In this document: one piece after another, positions 17,974 to 28,102 of the stretch | Layout of the letters: each line of letters starts with the position of its first letter | How positions within the stretch are numbered: the stretch's first letter is position 1 | Assembly: GCA_963668315.1 (NCBI GenBank) | Contig: OY764216.1 | Coordinates: 4,352,001-4,416,000, forward strand | Direction: 5' to 3' | Source of the DNA: Spirochaetia bacterium | Lineage (GTDB): Bacteria; Spirochaetota; Spirochaetia; DSM-2461 | DNA: 64,000 nt | The notes under the pieces: model-generated | What the model was told of the DNA's origin: nothing | Database searches by the model: none | The model's input: only the letters and a program-made list of their open reading frames with translations | Position numbers and translations under genes: made by a program

Positions 17974-18903
17974 ATGAAGATTTTTCATCTTTATTATCTG
18001 GATAAGAAGAGTGAGATTTCCCCAAACAGGACTTACACATTGGGAAGAAACTGGGACAACAGCATCATTCTTCCGGAAAAGTCGGTATCCCGGAATCATG
18101 CCGTACTCGAGGGGACGAGTGACGGATTCATTCTCAGGGATCTGGGAAGTACCAACGGGACTTATATGGAAGGAGAGCGCATTACGGAAAGATCGTTCCG
18201 CGACAGCGCCAAATTCCGCATCGGCTCATGCAACCTGGAAGTTTGCTCCCGGGAAGCCGATCTGACCCCTTCCGATATGCTACCCAGCGATACGATGATT
18301 TTCGAGAACCGCATCTCCAAGCTGAAAAAAGAGGTGAATGATCCCGATCTGGCCGGACGGATTGAAGGGTTGAAACAGTTTTTCAACAGCAAAAGGGAAT
18401 CCCTCTCCCTCAAGGCCAACAAAGACGGATTGACCGATCTGTACAATCGCCGGTATATGGATGAAAAATTGAATGAGGAGATTGACCGGGCCGTCCGCTA
18501 TAAACGTCCCCTGAGCCTGATCATGGTCGATATCGATCTCTTTAAGAAAATCAACGACGCCTACGGCCATCAGAAGGGAGACGAAGTCCTTACCACCGTG
18601 GCCAGAATTCTGAAGGTGACCAGCCGCAATATGGATATCCTCTGCCGCTACGGCGGAGAGGAGATGGTTTTCATCCTTCCCGAGACATCCCCCGAGCATG
18701 CGATGATTATGGCCGATATGTGCCGCCAGCGCATAGACGACAACGTGGTCAAGGAGACGGGGGTCAAGGTGACCATCAGTCTGGGCGTGGCCGGAGTAAG
18801 TATGCGGTGCGATTCTGCCGAGGATCTGATAGCTGCGGCCGACAGGGCTCTCTATCGGGCCAAGCAGAAGGGACGCAACCGGGTGGAATGGGAGGAAACG
18901 TGA
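17974..18903 (+). CDS. FHA-domain diguanylate cyclase (GGDEF)
   Basis: FHA motifs LGR, SRNHA, DLGSTNGT. GGDEF motifs DGLTDLYNRR, DIDLFKKINDAYGHQKGD, RYGGEEM, and an RxxD I-site (RNMD). Confidence 0.93.
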   Translation: MKIFHLYYLDKKSEISPNRTYTLGRNWDNSIILPEKSVSRNHAVLEGTSDGFILRDLGSTNGTYMEGERITERSFRDSAKFRIGSCNLEVCSREADLTPSDMLPSDTMIFENRISKLKKEVNDPDLAGRIEGLKQFFNSKRESLSLKANKDGLTDLYNRRYMDEKLNEEIDRAVRYKRPLSLIMVDIDLFKKINDAYGHQKGDEVLTTVARILKVTSRNMDILCRYGGEEMVFILPETSPEHAMIMADMCRQRIDDNVVKETGVKVTISLGVAGVSMRCDSAEDLIAAADRALYRAKQKGRNRVEWEET

Positions 18904-19586
18904 AAATACTGCTAGTAGAGGATGACCGGGGCATCGGTTCCTTCATAAAAAAAGGTTTTGTACAGGAAGGGCATACACTGGATTGGGCCGAAAGAGGCGA
19001 TGACGGTCTGATGATGGGCCTGTCCGGAGAATATGACGCGGTAATTCTGGATTTGATGCTTCCCGGAATGGAAGGCCTGGAAGTCCTCTCGGAACTGCGT
19101 AACGGCGGAAAAAACTGCCCCGTCCTGATCTTGAGCGCCAAACAGACCGTGGATGACCGCGTTAAGGGTTTGAAAGCCGGCGGTGACGATTACCTCACCA
19201 AACCCTTCGCCTTTTCCGAACTGCTTGTACGGATAGAGACTCTCGTACGCAGAACTTCGACGGGAGGCGGCTCTCGGGAAGTGACGAAGCTGAGCTGCGC
19301 CGATCTTGAGGTGGAACTACTCTCCCGCAAGGTTGTCAGAGGCGGTATGCAGATTGAGCTCCAGCCCCGTGAATACGCCCTTTTGGAACTTTTTCTTCGG
19401 AACAAGGGAAACGTTCTGACAAAAACTCTCATCCTGGAAAAAATCTGGAACTGGAATTTCGATCCCCAGACAAATGTCGTGGATGTTCTCGTCTCACGTC
19501 TGAGAAGCAGGATAGACAAGGAGTTCGACGTCAAGCTGATTCACACGGTCCGGGGAGCCGGTTATGTTCTCAAAGAACCGGTTTAA
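18900..19586 (+). CDS. OmpR-family response regulator (CusR/CopR-like)
   Basis: GTG start after GGAGG; KILLVEDD, ILDLMLPG, DDYLTKPF, NVVDVLVSRLRSRID, IHTVRGAGY. Confidence 0.93.
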   Translation: MKILLVEDDRGIGSFIKKGFVQEGHTLDWAERGDDGLMMGLSGEYDAVILDLMLPGMEGLEVLSELRNGGKNCPVLILSAKQTVDDRVKGLKAGGDDYLTKPFAFSELLVRIETLVRRTSTGGGSREVTKLSCADLEVELLSRKVVRGGMQIELQPREYALLELFLRNKGNVLTKTLILEKIWNWNFDPQTNVVDVLVSRLRSRIDKEFDVKLIHTVRGAGYVLKEPV

Positions 19587-20967
19587 CCCGGTATTCTTTC
19601 GTTCCATTCAATTCAAGATAGGCCTGGTTTTTTCCATTACCTTCGTACTTCTCTTCACCATACTGGGGCTGTGGGTTATTTATACGACTTATACGGCCCT
19701 GATCAGGGAAGAGATGCAGTTTCTCTACAACAGGCTGGCCATGTACCGCGCCCAGTATGAAACGGAGGGTGTCGAAAACCTTTTCGACAGGGCGAAGAAT
19801 GAAAACGAGAATCTTCCCTACATGAATTTTTTCCTCCGGTTCAACGATTCGGACGGAAAGGAGATCTTCTTTTATGTTCCTCCCGGATGGGAAAACTTTG
19901 ATTTCGACCCCCTATACCGGGCCGTCGCCTCGGGCGATCACAGCCGTCTTCTCCACCTGGGAGGATCGGATCCGACAAAACGGCTGACTTCGGTTATTCT
20001 TCCCCTGGCCGACGGGAGCACCCTCCAGTGCGGAGTGGTTTCCGCCTCCCAGTATAAACTTATGGCCGGTTTCCGCCATATGGCCTACCGCCTTTTCACT
20101 ATTCTGGTCGTGGTCGCCTTTGCGACGGGCGTATTCGTTACAGCCCGTTCTCTCAAACCCATTGCCCGGCTTAACCGGGAGATAGAGAGGATAGCCCTGA
20201 CAGGGGAAATTTCCCAGCGGCTGACCACACGGGGGACGGGTGATCATATCGATTCGATGGCCCATAGAATGAATCACCTCCTCGACCGGATAGAGGAGCT
20301 TGTGGAAGGTCTCAAGGGAACTCTGGACAACACCGCCCACGATCTGCGCACCCCTCTGACACGGTTGATGGGGCGGGCGGAACTGGCCCTGGGGGGAACG
20401 GAAGAGGAAAAGGATGAGGCCCTGGTCAACTGCCTGGAAGAGAGCCGGTATATTCTGACCATGCTCAATACGCTTATGGATATATCCGCAGCCGAAAAGG
20501 GGCTGATAGAGATAACGGAAGAGCCGATAAACATGAAAGAGCTGATCGACCAGTTCGCCGATATGTACGGGTTCGTTGCCGATGACCGCGGAGTGGAACT
20601 GAATTGCTCCTGCGGAGAGGACATACGCCTTAAAGCCGATCCTGTCCGTCTGAATCAGGCCATGGCCAATCTTCTGGACAATGCCATGAAATTTACACCG
20701 GAGGGAGGAAAAATATCCTTGGCGGTGATGAAGGATGACGACGGCCGCGGTACGGTTATCAGTGTCAGCGATAACGGGCCCGGTATTTCCGATGAGGAAA
20801 AGGGGCAGATATGGACGAGACTTTACCGGGGAGAAAAAAGCCGTACAAGTCCCGGAATGGGTCTGGGACTGAGCCTCGTTAAGGCCGTGGCGGAAGCTCA
20901 TAACGGACGGGTGGAGGTCTTGGACAACCCGGGGGGCGGTTCTATTTTCAGACTGCATATTCCCTGA
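19564..20967 (+). CDS. Sensor histidine kinase (2 TM, HAMP, HisKA, HATPase)
   Basis: AHDLRTPL H-box, NLLDNAMKF, DNGPGI, GMGLGLSLV. Confidence 0.93.
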   Translation: MFSKNRFNPVFFRSIQFKIGLVFSITFVLLFTILGLWVIYTTYTALIREEMQFLYNRLAMYRAQYETEGVENLFDRAKNENENLPYMNFFLRFNDSDGKEIFFYVPPGWENFDFDPLYRAVASGDHSRLLHLGGSDPTKRLTSVILPLADGSTLQCGVVSASQYKLMAGFRHMAYRLFTILVVVAFATGVFVTARSLKPIARLNREIERIALTGEISQRLTTRGTGDHIDSMAHRMNHLLDRIEELVEGLKGTLDNTAHDLRTPLTRLMGRAELALGGTEEEKDEALVNCLEESRYILTMLNTLMDISAAEKGLIEITEEPINMKELIDQFADMYGFVADDRGVELNCSCGEDIRLKADPVRLNQAMANLLDNAMKFTPEGGKISLAVMKDDDGRGTVISVSDNGPGISDEEKGQIWTRLYRGEKSRTSPGMGLGLSLVKAVAEAHNGRVEVLDNPGGGSIFRLHIP

Positions 20968-21086
20968 ACCGGAAATTTTGTATAACATATGGGTCCCTAA
21001 GTTTTCGGGAAATTATTCCGAAAATAGGATTGAGTGGATGGCTATTCGCTTTAATATCTTCCCAAAGGATTTAATGGATTAATAAA

Positions 21087-21572
21087 ATGAAAAAGACGAT
21101 TTGCACACTTTCTATAGTTCTCGCAGGAATGCTGATTCCCCTCTTTGCCGAAACTGGCCTCGGTGCCGCTTTCTCCTATGGATTAAGCAACGGAGCCAAT
21201 AATATGGGGGGAGTCCTGACCCTGAGCACTCCGGCAATCCCCGGTACGGTTCAAACCTTGAGGCTCTCCTTCAGCGGATCGGATTACATCAGTTTCGGAG
21301 TAACCGATGACTGGTGGGTGGTGCAGGAAGACCTCACGGGTGATCTGGATTTCTACATCGGCCTGGGATTCTATTCGGGCTTCACCATGGATGACGGGGA
21401 TCCCGATTTTCAGCTGGGGGGTCGTTTTCCTCTGGGGCTGACGATTATGCCTCTGGATTTTCTGGAACTGTTTCTGGAAGTTGCTCCGGCAATCGGACTG
21501 GGGTTCGAACCTACGGTCTATTTTCCCGCCTGGGATGCTCAGGGGGCTCTGGGCTTCCGTCTCTGGTTCTAA
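21087..21572 (+). CDS. Small outer-membrane beta-barrel protein (DUF3996-like, spirochaete type)
   Basis: Signal peptide, amphipathic strands (LDFYIGLG, LGGRFPLGL, LELFLEVAP) and C-terminal ...GFRLWF barrel signature. Confidence 0.7.
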   Translation: MKKTICTLSIVLAGMLIPLFAETGLGAAFSYGLSNGANNMGGVLTLSTPAIPGTVQTLRLSFSGSDYISFGVTDDWWVVQEDLTGDLDFYIGLGFYSGFTMDDGDPDFQLGGRFPLGLTIMPLDFLELFLEVAPAIGLGFEPTVYFPAWDAQGALGFRLWF

Positions 21573-21595
21573 AAGGAATATATTCTTCGGACCTG

Positions 21596-21628
21596 AAAAA
21601 ACCGCCGACGGAAGTCAGGCGGTTTTTT
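21596..21628. terminator. Bidirectional intrinsic terminator
   Basis: AAAAAACCGCC...GGCGGTTTTTT between convergent genes. Confidence 0.85.
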
Positions 21629-21649
21629 ATTTACCCTTCAGTATTTACA

Positions 21650-21685
21650 AGGGAGCCTTCACTCGGTCTGGAGGAAAGGCTCCCT
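21650..21685 (-). terminator. Hairpin just downstream of tkt
   Basis: AGGGAGCCTT pairs with AAGGCTCCCT; the U-tract is weak. Confidence 0.5.
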
Positions 21686-21691
21686 CAGGGT

Positions 21692-23683
21692 CTACAGGGC
21701 CAGGGCTTTCTCGGCCACATTCTCGGGGGTGAAGCCGAAGTGCTTGAAAATCTGTTTCACACTGCCGGAAACGCCGTATCCTTCCATTCCGATGACAGCT
21801 CCGTCGAGACCGACATACTTGTACCACATGTCGCCGATCTGGGCTTCCACAGCCACTCTTTTGGTGACAGCTTTGGGAAGAACACTTTCCTTATAGGCCG
21901 CGCTCTGGCCATCAAAGACTTCGGTACAGGGCATGGAAACGACCCGTACTTTCTTGCCCTTGGCGCTTAACAGCTCCGCCGCGTCAACGCAGACTTTCAC
22001 TTCCGAACCGGTTCCGATGAGAATAATGTCGGGAGTTCCCGCACAGTCGGAAAGGACATATCCGCCCTGGGCTACCTGAGCAACCTGTTCATCCGTCCGG
22101 GGGAGGGGGTCCAGATTCTGGCGGGACAGGGCCAGAGCGGAAGGCCCGCCTTCGTACTTGACCGCTTCCTTCCAGGCCACGGCCGTTTCAAGCCAGTCCG
22201 CCGGACGCCAGGTATGAACATTGGGCATGAGCCGCAGGGTGGGAATCTGCTCCACCGGCTGATGGGTGGGGCCGTCCTCCCCTACTCCGATGGAGTCATG
22301 GGTATAGATCAGGATGCTCCGCTGTTTCATGAGGGCGGCCATTCTGATGGCGTTCTGGGCGTAATCCTTGAAGATAAGGAACGTTGCATTATAGGCCAGG
22401 AAACCGCCGTGGAGAACCATACCGTTGGTAATGGCAGTCATGGCGAATTCCCGTACACCGTAATGGAGGTAGTTTCCGTCAGCATCGTCGGGAGTGATAT
22501 CCTTGGAACCGGACCAGATAGTCAGGTTGCTGGGAGCCAGGTCGGCAGAACCGCCCACCAGCTGGGGAATCAGCTTACCCACTTCGTTCAGGCTGTTCTG
22601 GGAGGCCTTGCGGGAGGCGATGGACGTGGCGCCGGTCATGAGTCCCTTGATGTATTTATCATATTCTGCTTCCCAGCCTTCGGGAAATTTTCCGGCCATT
22701 CTGTCGAGCAGTTCCTTTCCTTCGGCGGGATAGGCCTTAACGTAGTCATCCATCAGGGCGTCCCAGGCGTCGTTGGCTGCGGCCCCCTTGGCTCTGGCGT
22801 CCCAATCGGCATAAATATCCTCGGGCACGTAAAAAAGCTCATCGTACTCCCAGCCCAGTTCCTTGCGAACCAGGGCGCACTCGTCCGGTCCCAGGGGAGC
22901 GCCGTGGGATTCCTCTTTTCCCCCCTTGTTGGGAGAGCCGAAACCGATCGTAGTCTTACAGATAATGAGAGCGGGCTTGTCGCTTACGCTTTTTGCCTCA
23001 TCAATAGCCTTCTGAATAGCCGAATCGTCATGACCGTCGACAGGACCGACGATCTGCCATCCGTAAGCCTCGAATCTTTTGGCCGTATTATCGGTAAACC
23101 ATCCGTTGACTTCCCCGTCGATGGAGATGCCGTTGTCATCGTAAAAAGCAACCAGTTTGCCCAGCTTGTGGGTTCCCGCGAAAGAGGCGGCCTCGTGGCT
23201 GATACCTTCCATCATACAGCCGTCCCCCATGAAGGTGTAGGTGTAGTGGTCGATGGGAGCAATATCGGACTTGTTGTAACGGGCGGCCAGGATTTTTTCG
23301 GCCAGGGCCATTCCCACGGCATTGGTAAATCCCTGTCCCAGAGGACCGGTTGTCGTATCCACACCGGGGACTTCATCGTATTCGGGATGCCCGGGTGTTC
23401 TGGAATCGAGCTGACGGAAATTTTTCAGATCCTCGATGCTCAGATTGTAACCGGTCATGTGAAGAAGAGAGTAAATGAGCATGGATGCGTGGCCGTTAGA
23501 GAGGACGAACCTGTCCCGGTTGAACCATTTCGGATTAGCCGGATTGTGATTCATGTTTCTTCTCCAGAGGACTTCAGCCATATCGGCCATTCCCATGGGA
23601 GCTCCCGGGTGTCCCGAGTTGGCCTTCTGGACTCCGTCCATGGCCAGAATTCTAAGGGCGTTCGCCTGTTTCGTGCTTTTCAC
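21692..23683 (-). CDS. tkt: Transketolase
   Basis: [36 protein letters not shown]...[29 protein letters not shown]. Confidence 0.97.
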   Translation of the reverse strand: MKSTKQANALRILAMDGVQKANSGHPGAPMGMADMAEVLWRRNMNHNPANPKWFNRDRFVLSNGHASMLIYSLLHMTGYNLSIEDLKNFRQLDSRTPGHPEYDEVPGVDTTTGPLGQGFTNAVGMALAEKILAARYNKSDIAPIDHYTYTFMGDGCMMEGISHEAASFAGTHKLGKLVAFYDDNGISIDGEVNGWFTDNTAKRFEAYGWQIVGPVDGHDDSAIQKAIDEAKSVSDKPALIICKTTIGFGSPNKGGKEESHGAPLGPDECALVRKELGWEYDELFYVPEDIYADWDARAKGAAANDAWDALMDDYVKAYPAEGKELLDRMAGKFPEGWEAEYDKYIKGLMTGATSIASRKASQNSLNEVGKLIPQLVGGSADLAPSNLTIWSGSKDITPDDADGNYLHYGVREFAMTAITNGMVLHGGFLAYNATFLIFKDYAQNAIRMAALMKQRSILIYTHDSIGVGEDGPTHQPVEQIPTLRLMPNVHTWRPADWLETAVAWKEAVKYEGGPSALALSRQNLDPLPRTDEQVAQVAQGGYVLSDCAGTPDIILIGTGSEVKVCVDAAELLSAKGKKVRVVSMPCTEVFDGQSAAYKESVLPKAVTKRVAVEAQIGDMWYKYVGLDGAVIGMEGYGVSGSVKQIFKHFGFTPENVAEKALAL

Positions 23684-23838
23684 TTATTACTCCTTATAAA
23701 TTATCTTCAGAAAGGGATTTTCAATGTTACATATTATAATAAAAGGAGGAAGATGAAAACATACATATAATTGACTCACCGTGAGCTATAATCTGTATGT
23801 CCCCAGCGTCCCTCCTTCCGGAAAAGATCTATTCTGTC

Positions 23839-25110
23839 TTAAATATTTTTCGTATTGGCAAGAAAATATTCCTCCGCCTCGGCAGACCATAAACCGTTAT
23901 TCTTTTTTACGATTTTACCCAATTCCGCATAAAAGGGGTCGGATTTACCCATTTCTTCCAAATCGGCCAGAGCGAAGAGATCACAGCTTTTCTGAACATA
24001 CATCAGTTTCTTTCCTCCGGGTATTTTGGGAAGGTTCTTGGTGGTTTCCACAACCGCATCCAGTCCTCCCACGTGGGTGACCATGGCCGACGGATTCAGT
24101 TCTCCCTTCGCCATCATGGCCAGGGACTCTTTGAGGTCATCGGTGTTACCGCCGGAAGTTCCCACCAGATGATGGGCGGCATAATGGACATTGTAGAAGT
24201 TCATTTCCACGCTGAACGAATTGTCGCTGGGACCGGCGAAAAAGTTCAGGCAGCCGTCCTGGGCCAGGATCGCATCGCCCTGCCTGACAACGGGAGCCAC
24301 GGGTGCCATGACCATCACGTCATCGTATCCCCTGCCGCCGGAAAGCTCCATCAGGTTGGCAACCGCATCGCCTTCGCTCGTATTCAGGTAGATCAGCTTA
24401 ACGCCGTTCTTTTTGGCCTCCTCTACGGTATAGATGGAGGCGGCTCTGTCCAGACGGGCCTGATCGATATCGGTCACAACCAGAAGCCCGGGTTTTCTGT
24501 CGCAATGGAGGGCATAGTCGATCGCGCCCAGTCCCATGGGGCCCACGCCGGCCAGGATAGCCTGATTGCCCCCTTCGGTAATCCCCATGTTATGGATGTA
24601 GGTACCGGCGGGAATATGGTAATGGGCATGGTAGGTTCCCACGATGCAGGATACCGGCTCGGCCAGGGAGCCCATGAAGAAGGCTTCGGCGTCATAGGGA
24701 AGGAGACAACCCTGCTCCATTACTTCGGCGGGGATAACGATATGGGTAGACGCTCCTCCGATGGTGCGGTAGGAGTATCCCGGGGCAGAAAGCAGACCGA
24801 CCGGTCCTTTTTCGTAGTTGAGGGCGGGCTGAATGGCAAACTTATCCCCTTCCTTGAACTGGGAAGCCCACTTGGACCCGACCTTTAAGAGGCGTCCGCA
24901 GAATTCATGGCCGATAATGATGGGATTTTCCGCCACATCATCGGGGACACGCTTATGATCGGCTCCCTGGCTCTGGGCTTTATAGCTGGACATACAAACG
25001 CTGTCGGAAATGATCTCCGCCAGAATCTCGTCGTCCTTGATTTCGGGCAGTTCGAATTCATCAAGTCTCAGGTCGCCCTTTCCGTATAATCTTACCGCTT
25101 TCGTTTTCAT
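23839..25110 (-). CDS. L-sorbose-1-phosphate reductase-like zinc-dependent dehydrogenase (SorE-like)
   Basis: MKTKAVRLYGKGDLRL, DSVCMSSYK, GHEFCG, SLAEPVSC, GVGPMGLG, NFYNVHY, GTSGG, IPGGKKL closely resemble enterobacterial SorE. Confidence 0.8.
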   Translation of the reverse strand: MKTKAVRLYGKGDLRLDEFELPEIKDDEILAEIISDSVCMSSYKAQSQGADHKRVPDDVAENPIIIGHEFCGRLLKVGSKWASQFKEGDKFAIQPALNYEKGPVGLLSAPGYSYRTIGGASTHIVIPAEVMEQGCLLPYDAEAFFMGSLAEPVSCIVGTYHAHYHIPAGTYIHNMGITEGGNQAILAGVGPMGLGAIDYALHCDRKPGLLVVTDIDQARLDRAASIYTVEEAKKNGVKLIYLNTSEGDAVANLMELSGGRGYDDVMVMAPVAPVVRQGDAILAQDGCLNFFAGPSDNSFSVEMNFYNVHYAAHHLVGTSGGNTDDLKESLAMMAKGELNPSAMVTHVGGLDAVVETTKNLPKIPGGKKLMYVQKSCDLFALADLEEMGKSDPFYAELGKIVKKNNGLWSAEAEEYFLANTKNI

Positions 25111-25205
25111 GAAATAACTCCTTTAATTGACCACGAATTGGTGGTTCAACGTACTTTCTGATATCTCTTGCAGACCGTCTGTGCTCAGGGAGTTGGTATC
25201 TCTCC

Positions 25206-25278
25206 GAGCCAGCAGAGCCAGCAGAGTTTTTTCTCTCGCAAAGGCACAAAGGGGAAGATTCGGCGTCCTTGGGCCTTT
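25206..25278. repeat. Degenerate 8-9-bp tandem repeats with a partial inverted partner
   Basis: GAGCCAGCA x2 plus GAG; CGCAAAGG-CACAAAGG; downstream GCGTCCTTGGGCCTTT. Confidence 0.45.
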
Positions 25279-25319
25279 ATATTAAATCCCTAAATATACC
25301 ACTTTTCTATAAGGGGTAT

Positions 25320-25445
25320 CCGGATGGGGCAGATTTTGTTGAAGACAAGGCGGAGGAAGGTTTCCGGCCCGCAGTGTACGGTTGGTACATGAGGAGCCGG
25401 AGTTCTTCCGACTACGCTGCATTCGACAAAAGATGCCCCTTCCGG
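25320..25445. mobile_element. 126-bp palindromic MITE/REP-like element
   Basis: Terminal arms CCGGATGGGGCAGATTTTGTTGAA and TTCGACAAAAGATGCCCCTTCCGG (20/24 complementary), with nested CCGGC/GCCGG and TGTAC/GTACA stems. Abuts the SDR stop codon. Confidence 0.6.
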
Positions 25446-26573
25446 CTAATTCAGCATGACCTGGCCGCCCGTAATCGGCACAGCCTGTCCCGTCTCATAC
25501 TTCTGCTCCACCGTATAGAACAGAGCCTTCATGACATCCTCCGTTGTGCATCCCCTGTCCAGGGGCACTTTGGATTCGTAAAACCGGCGTACGTCGGCCA
25601 CAGTCTTCGCACCGGGCACTTTACCGGCGTTCAGGTACTGGACGAACAGGCCCCGGTCGGGATCTGACCAGAGGGGGCCGTCCAGGAAATTGCCAGGGCA
25701 GAGGGCGTTCACCTTGATTTTATCGGCTACCAGTTCCAGGGCGAAGCTCTGTGTCAGGCCGATGACTCCGAACTTGGCTCCCGCGTAGGCTCCGTTTTTA
25801 TTGGAACCCTCCAGACCGGACTTTGAACTGATGCAGATGATATCGGTCAGATATCCGTCGGCCTCACGGTTCTGCAGGGCCATCTGAAGAGCGGCAAACT
25901 TGGTGCAGATGAAAAACCCCGTATAATCCACGCTGGTGACGAAGGAGAAGTCCTTCAAGGTCATTTCCTTGACGCTTCCCGCTTTAAGCACTCCCGCATT
26001 ACTGACAAAAATATCCAGCCCGCCGGTGGTCAGGGCGACTTTGTCCATCATGGCCTGTACCGATTCCTCATCGGTCACATTGACAGATAAGGCGAAGGCG
26101 CAGGTCCGTCCCAGTTCTTCGTTCAGCTTCCGGGCCAGGTTATCAGCCCCTTCCAGGTTCATATCGGCGATATAGACGAAGGCTCCCGCCTCGGCCAGTC
26201 CCCTGACCATTCCTTCGCCGAAACCCTGGGCTCCCCCCGTCACCAGGGCCGTTTTGTTAAGGACCACGCTGTTTCTGTCCATGGGAGCCGCCGTCTCGGC
26301 GGGAGAGGAGATTCTCCCCTCCGCCAGGGAGGCCGCTTCATCGTAGGATTCGCCCAGGTAGAAGCAGCCGACCCCTTCCACAGAGACCATGCCGGTGCCG
26401 GGCTTCCAGGATTTTCTCAGGATTTCCTGAAAGTTATCCTCCCTGAGGCCGCTTATCCCTACGGCGGGAATGACATTCTGCTTGGTCTCGGCAAAAAGGA
26501 CGATTTTTCCCTTGTTTCCGTCAAAACTCAATCCCCTCAGTACGGGGGCTATTTTCGTAGCCAATGTATTCAT
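25446..26573 (-). CDS. Sorbitol-6-phosphate 2-dehydrogenase-like SDR (SrlD-like) with ~100-aa N-terminal extension
   Basis: TGGAQGFG, SSKSGLEGSNKNGAYAGAKFG, CPGNFLDGPLW, KVPLDRGC, TGQAVPITGGQVM. Confidence 0.82.
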   Translation of the reverse strand: MNTLATKIAPVLRGLSFDGNKGKIVLFAETKQNVIPAVGISGLREDNFQEILRKSWKPGTGMVSVEGVGCFYLGESYDEAASLAEGRISSPAETAAPMDRNSVVLNKTALVTGGAQGFGEGMVRGLAEAGAFVYIADMNLEGADNLARKLNEELGRTCAFALSVNVTDEESVQAMMDKVALTTGGLDIFVSNAGVLKAGSVKEMTLKDFSFVTSVDYTGFFICTKFAALQMALQNREADGYLTDIICISSKSGLEGSNKNGAYAGAKFGVIGLTQSFALELVADKIKVNALCPGNFLDGPLWSDPDRGLFVQYLNAGKVPGAKTVADVRRFYESKVPLDRGCTTEDVMKALFYTVEQKYETGQAVPITGGQVMLN

Positions 26574-27883
26574 TTAAGACTTATCTCCTCAGGAGCGGAA
26601 GGATTCATCGACCGTCCCGCCGATGCGTAGGCGGCAGACCTTTCAGCCAGGGTTTTTCCGGCCAGGGGATTCTTCGGGTTAAAGATTCCCAGATGGCCGT
26701 CCTTCATGCTCAGTTTTTCGTGGGCGATCAGAGCCCAGGTTGCATCGATCAGATGCTTGAAATCATCCTGCAGGATCTCGGGGCAGTTGAAGCTCTGCCG
26801 GGAGGAGTTGATGTCCACCCCGCTGATCTCCATGAATCCGTGTTTCCCGCAAAGGGCCATGACGCGTTTGAGCTGTTCCAGGGTATTGCGGGGAGGCATA
26901 TAGGTAATCGCCTGAAATCCCGCATCCTTCAATACATCCATCAGCTCATCCAGAAAGGAGTCCTCGAAGGTCTGCGCTTTCTTATCCCCCGTGGGACTCT
27001 CCCCCACATCGCCGAGATAGGCATAGGAGGGAATGGCCCCGACAGAGCGGGCGAAGGCGGTGACCTCTTTGACGGGAGGGCACTCTTTCCCATCGGGCTG
27101 AACAAAGAAGCGCTCGACGAAATTGCCCTTCATTACGCCTAAAAGGTCGTAAAGGTAATGGGGATTGGACTCATCAAGCAGTCTCTCCCTCAGGGAACCC
27201 TTAAGCTCAAGTCCCATCTTCTCTTCCATCAGCTTGACAACGGGTGCCCCCTTGCCGGATATTTCCACCAACTTGGCCGCCAGGGCGTAACAGATGTGCC
27301 TTTCGGTAATCGTTCCCCCTTCCTCGTAACGGGAAATGGCGACCACTTCCCTGTCAAAATCCAGTCCGGGGAGGTCGTATCCGGCCAGCAATTCGTTCAG
27401 CTTAGACACTTCCGCTCTGTTTCTTTCGAAACGGGCGGCCCGGTAGGGTTTCAGAAAGGCTTCGCACTCGGCCGTTTTGTTGACCGGTATGCCGTGCAGG
27501 GTCATATAAGCCAGGTTATCCGAATCGGGATTATTGAGACGCCTGCCTTCCATGGGCGTTCCGGTAAAATTCACCCGCATCTCGAAACCGCAGGTGGTGG
27601 CCAGGCCGATCGCCTTTCCGGCTTCGACCATCTCTTCCAGTCCCCCCACGCTGTCGTGATCCATGATGCCCACGGCCAGCAGACCCGCTTCCCAGGCTTT
27701 ATAGGCCGCCAGAGAAGGCGAATAGGGACTGAAGGAGTAGATGGTATGGACGTGGTTGTTTACTTCGGGAGTTTCCCTGCGGGTAACTTCGCCGGCTCGT
27801 ATCAGCTCGCCCATTTTCCGGGCCGCCGCCAGCCGCCCTTCCTTTTCGGGGCCGTTCATTTCTTCGATTAATCTATCAATCAT
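26570..27883 (-). CDS. PHP-domain phosphoesterase-like protein
   Basis: NNHVHTIYS (HxH), IMDHD, CGFE and TERH motifs. Overlaps the SDR start by 4 bp. Confidence 0.82.
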   Translation of the reverse strand: MIDRLIEEMNGPEKEGRLAAARKMGELIRAGEVTRRETPEVNNHVHTIYSFSPYSPSLAAYKAWEAGLLAVGIMDHDSVGGLEEMVEAGKAIGLATTCGFEMRVNFTGTPMEGRRLNNPDSDNLAYMTLHGIPVNKTAECEAFLKPYRAARFERNRAEVSKLNELLAGYDLPGLDFDREVVAISRYEEGGTITERHICYALAAKLVEISGKGAPVVKLMEEKMGLELKGSLRERLLDESNPHYLYDLLGVMKGNFVERFFVQPDGKECPPVKEVTAFARSVGAIPSYAYLGDVGESPTGDKKAQTFEDSFLDELMDVLKDAGFQAITYMPPRNTLEQLKRVMALCGKHGFMEISGVDINSSRQSFNCPEILQDDFKHLIDATWALIAHEKLSMKDGHLGIFNPKNPLAGKTLAERSAAYASAGRSMNPSAPEEISLK

Positions 27884-27907
27884 TACCGCTCCGTTTATTG
27901 GTTATGA

Positions 27908-28041
27908 CCGAACCGCGAAAAACGCGAAAGGCGCGAAAGGGGCGGTTCGGGGTATGAAGCTGATTCAGGCTTTCGCTTGTATCGGCTTCATTCGAATAGT
28001 CGGTTGAGGCGCCTGACGCGAAACACGCGAAAGGCACGAAA
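27908..28041. repeat. Cluster of 9-bp-period CGCGAAA repeats and hairpins
   Basis: CGCGAAA at 27914, 27923 and 27932, enclosed by CCGAACCGC/GCGGTTCGG. Hairpin ATGAAGCTGAT/ATCGGCTTCAT (27954-27991). Second triplet at 28017, 28026 and 28035. Confidence 0.75.
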
Positions 28042-28102
28042 CTACGGTTCCTTTTAATTATCAGCGCTGATGCGGGATAAAATCAACCTCAATCTTCTCT
28101 TT

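Noticed and set aside
18720..18899. ORF-track N-terminal extensions (response regulator from 18720, GNAT to 9071, HAD from 34570, ATPase to 36715, purE to 51399)
   Set aside because: The extensions overlap neighbouring genes or promoters, and family motifs begin at the downstream starts used in the feature list.
23744..23770. AGGAGG followed by a 5-codon ORF (MKTYI) on the plus strand upstream of tkt
   Set aside because: SD-to-ATG spacing is only 3 nt and the nearby TATAAT would start transcription inside the SD; probably chance within the tkt promoter region.
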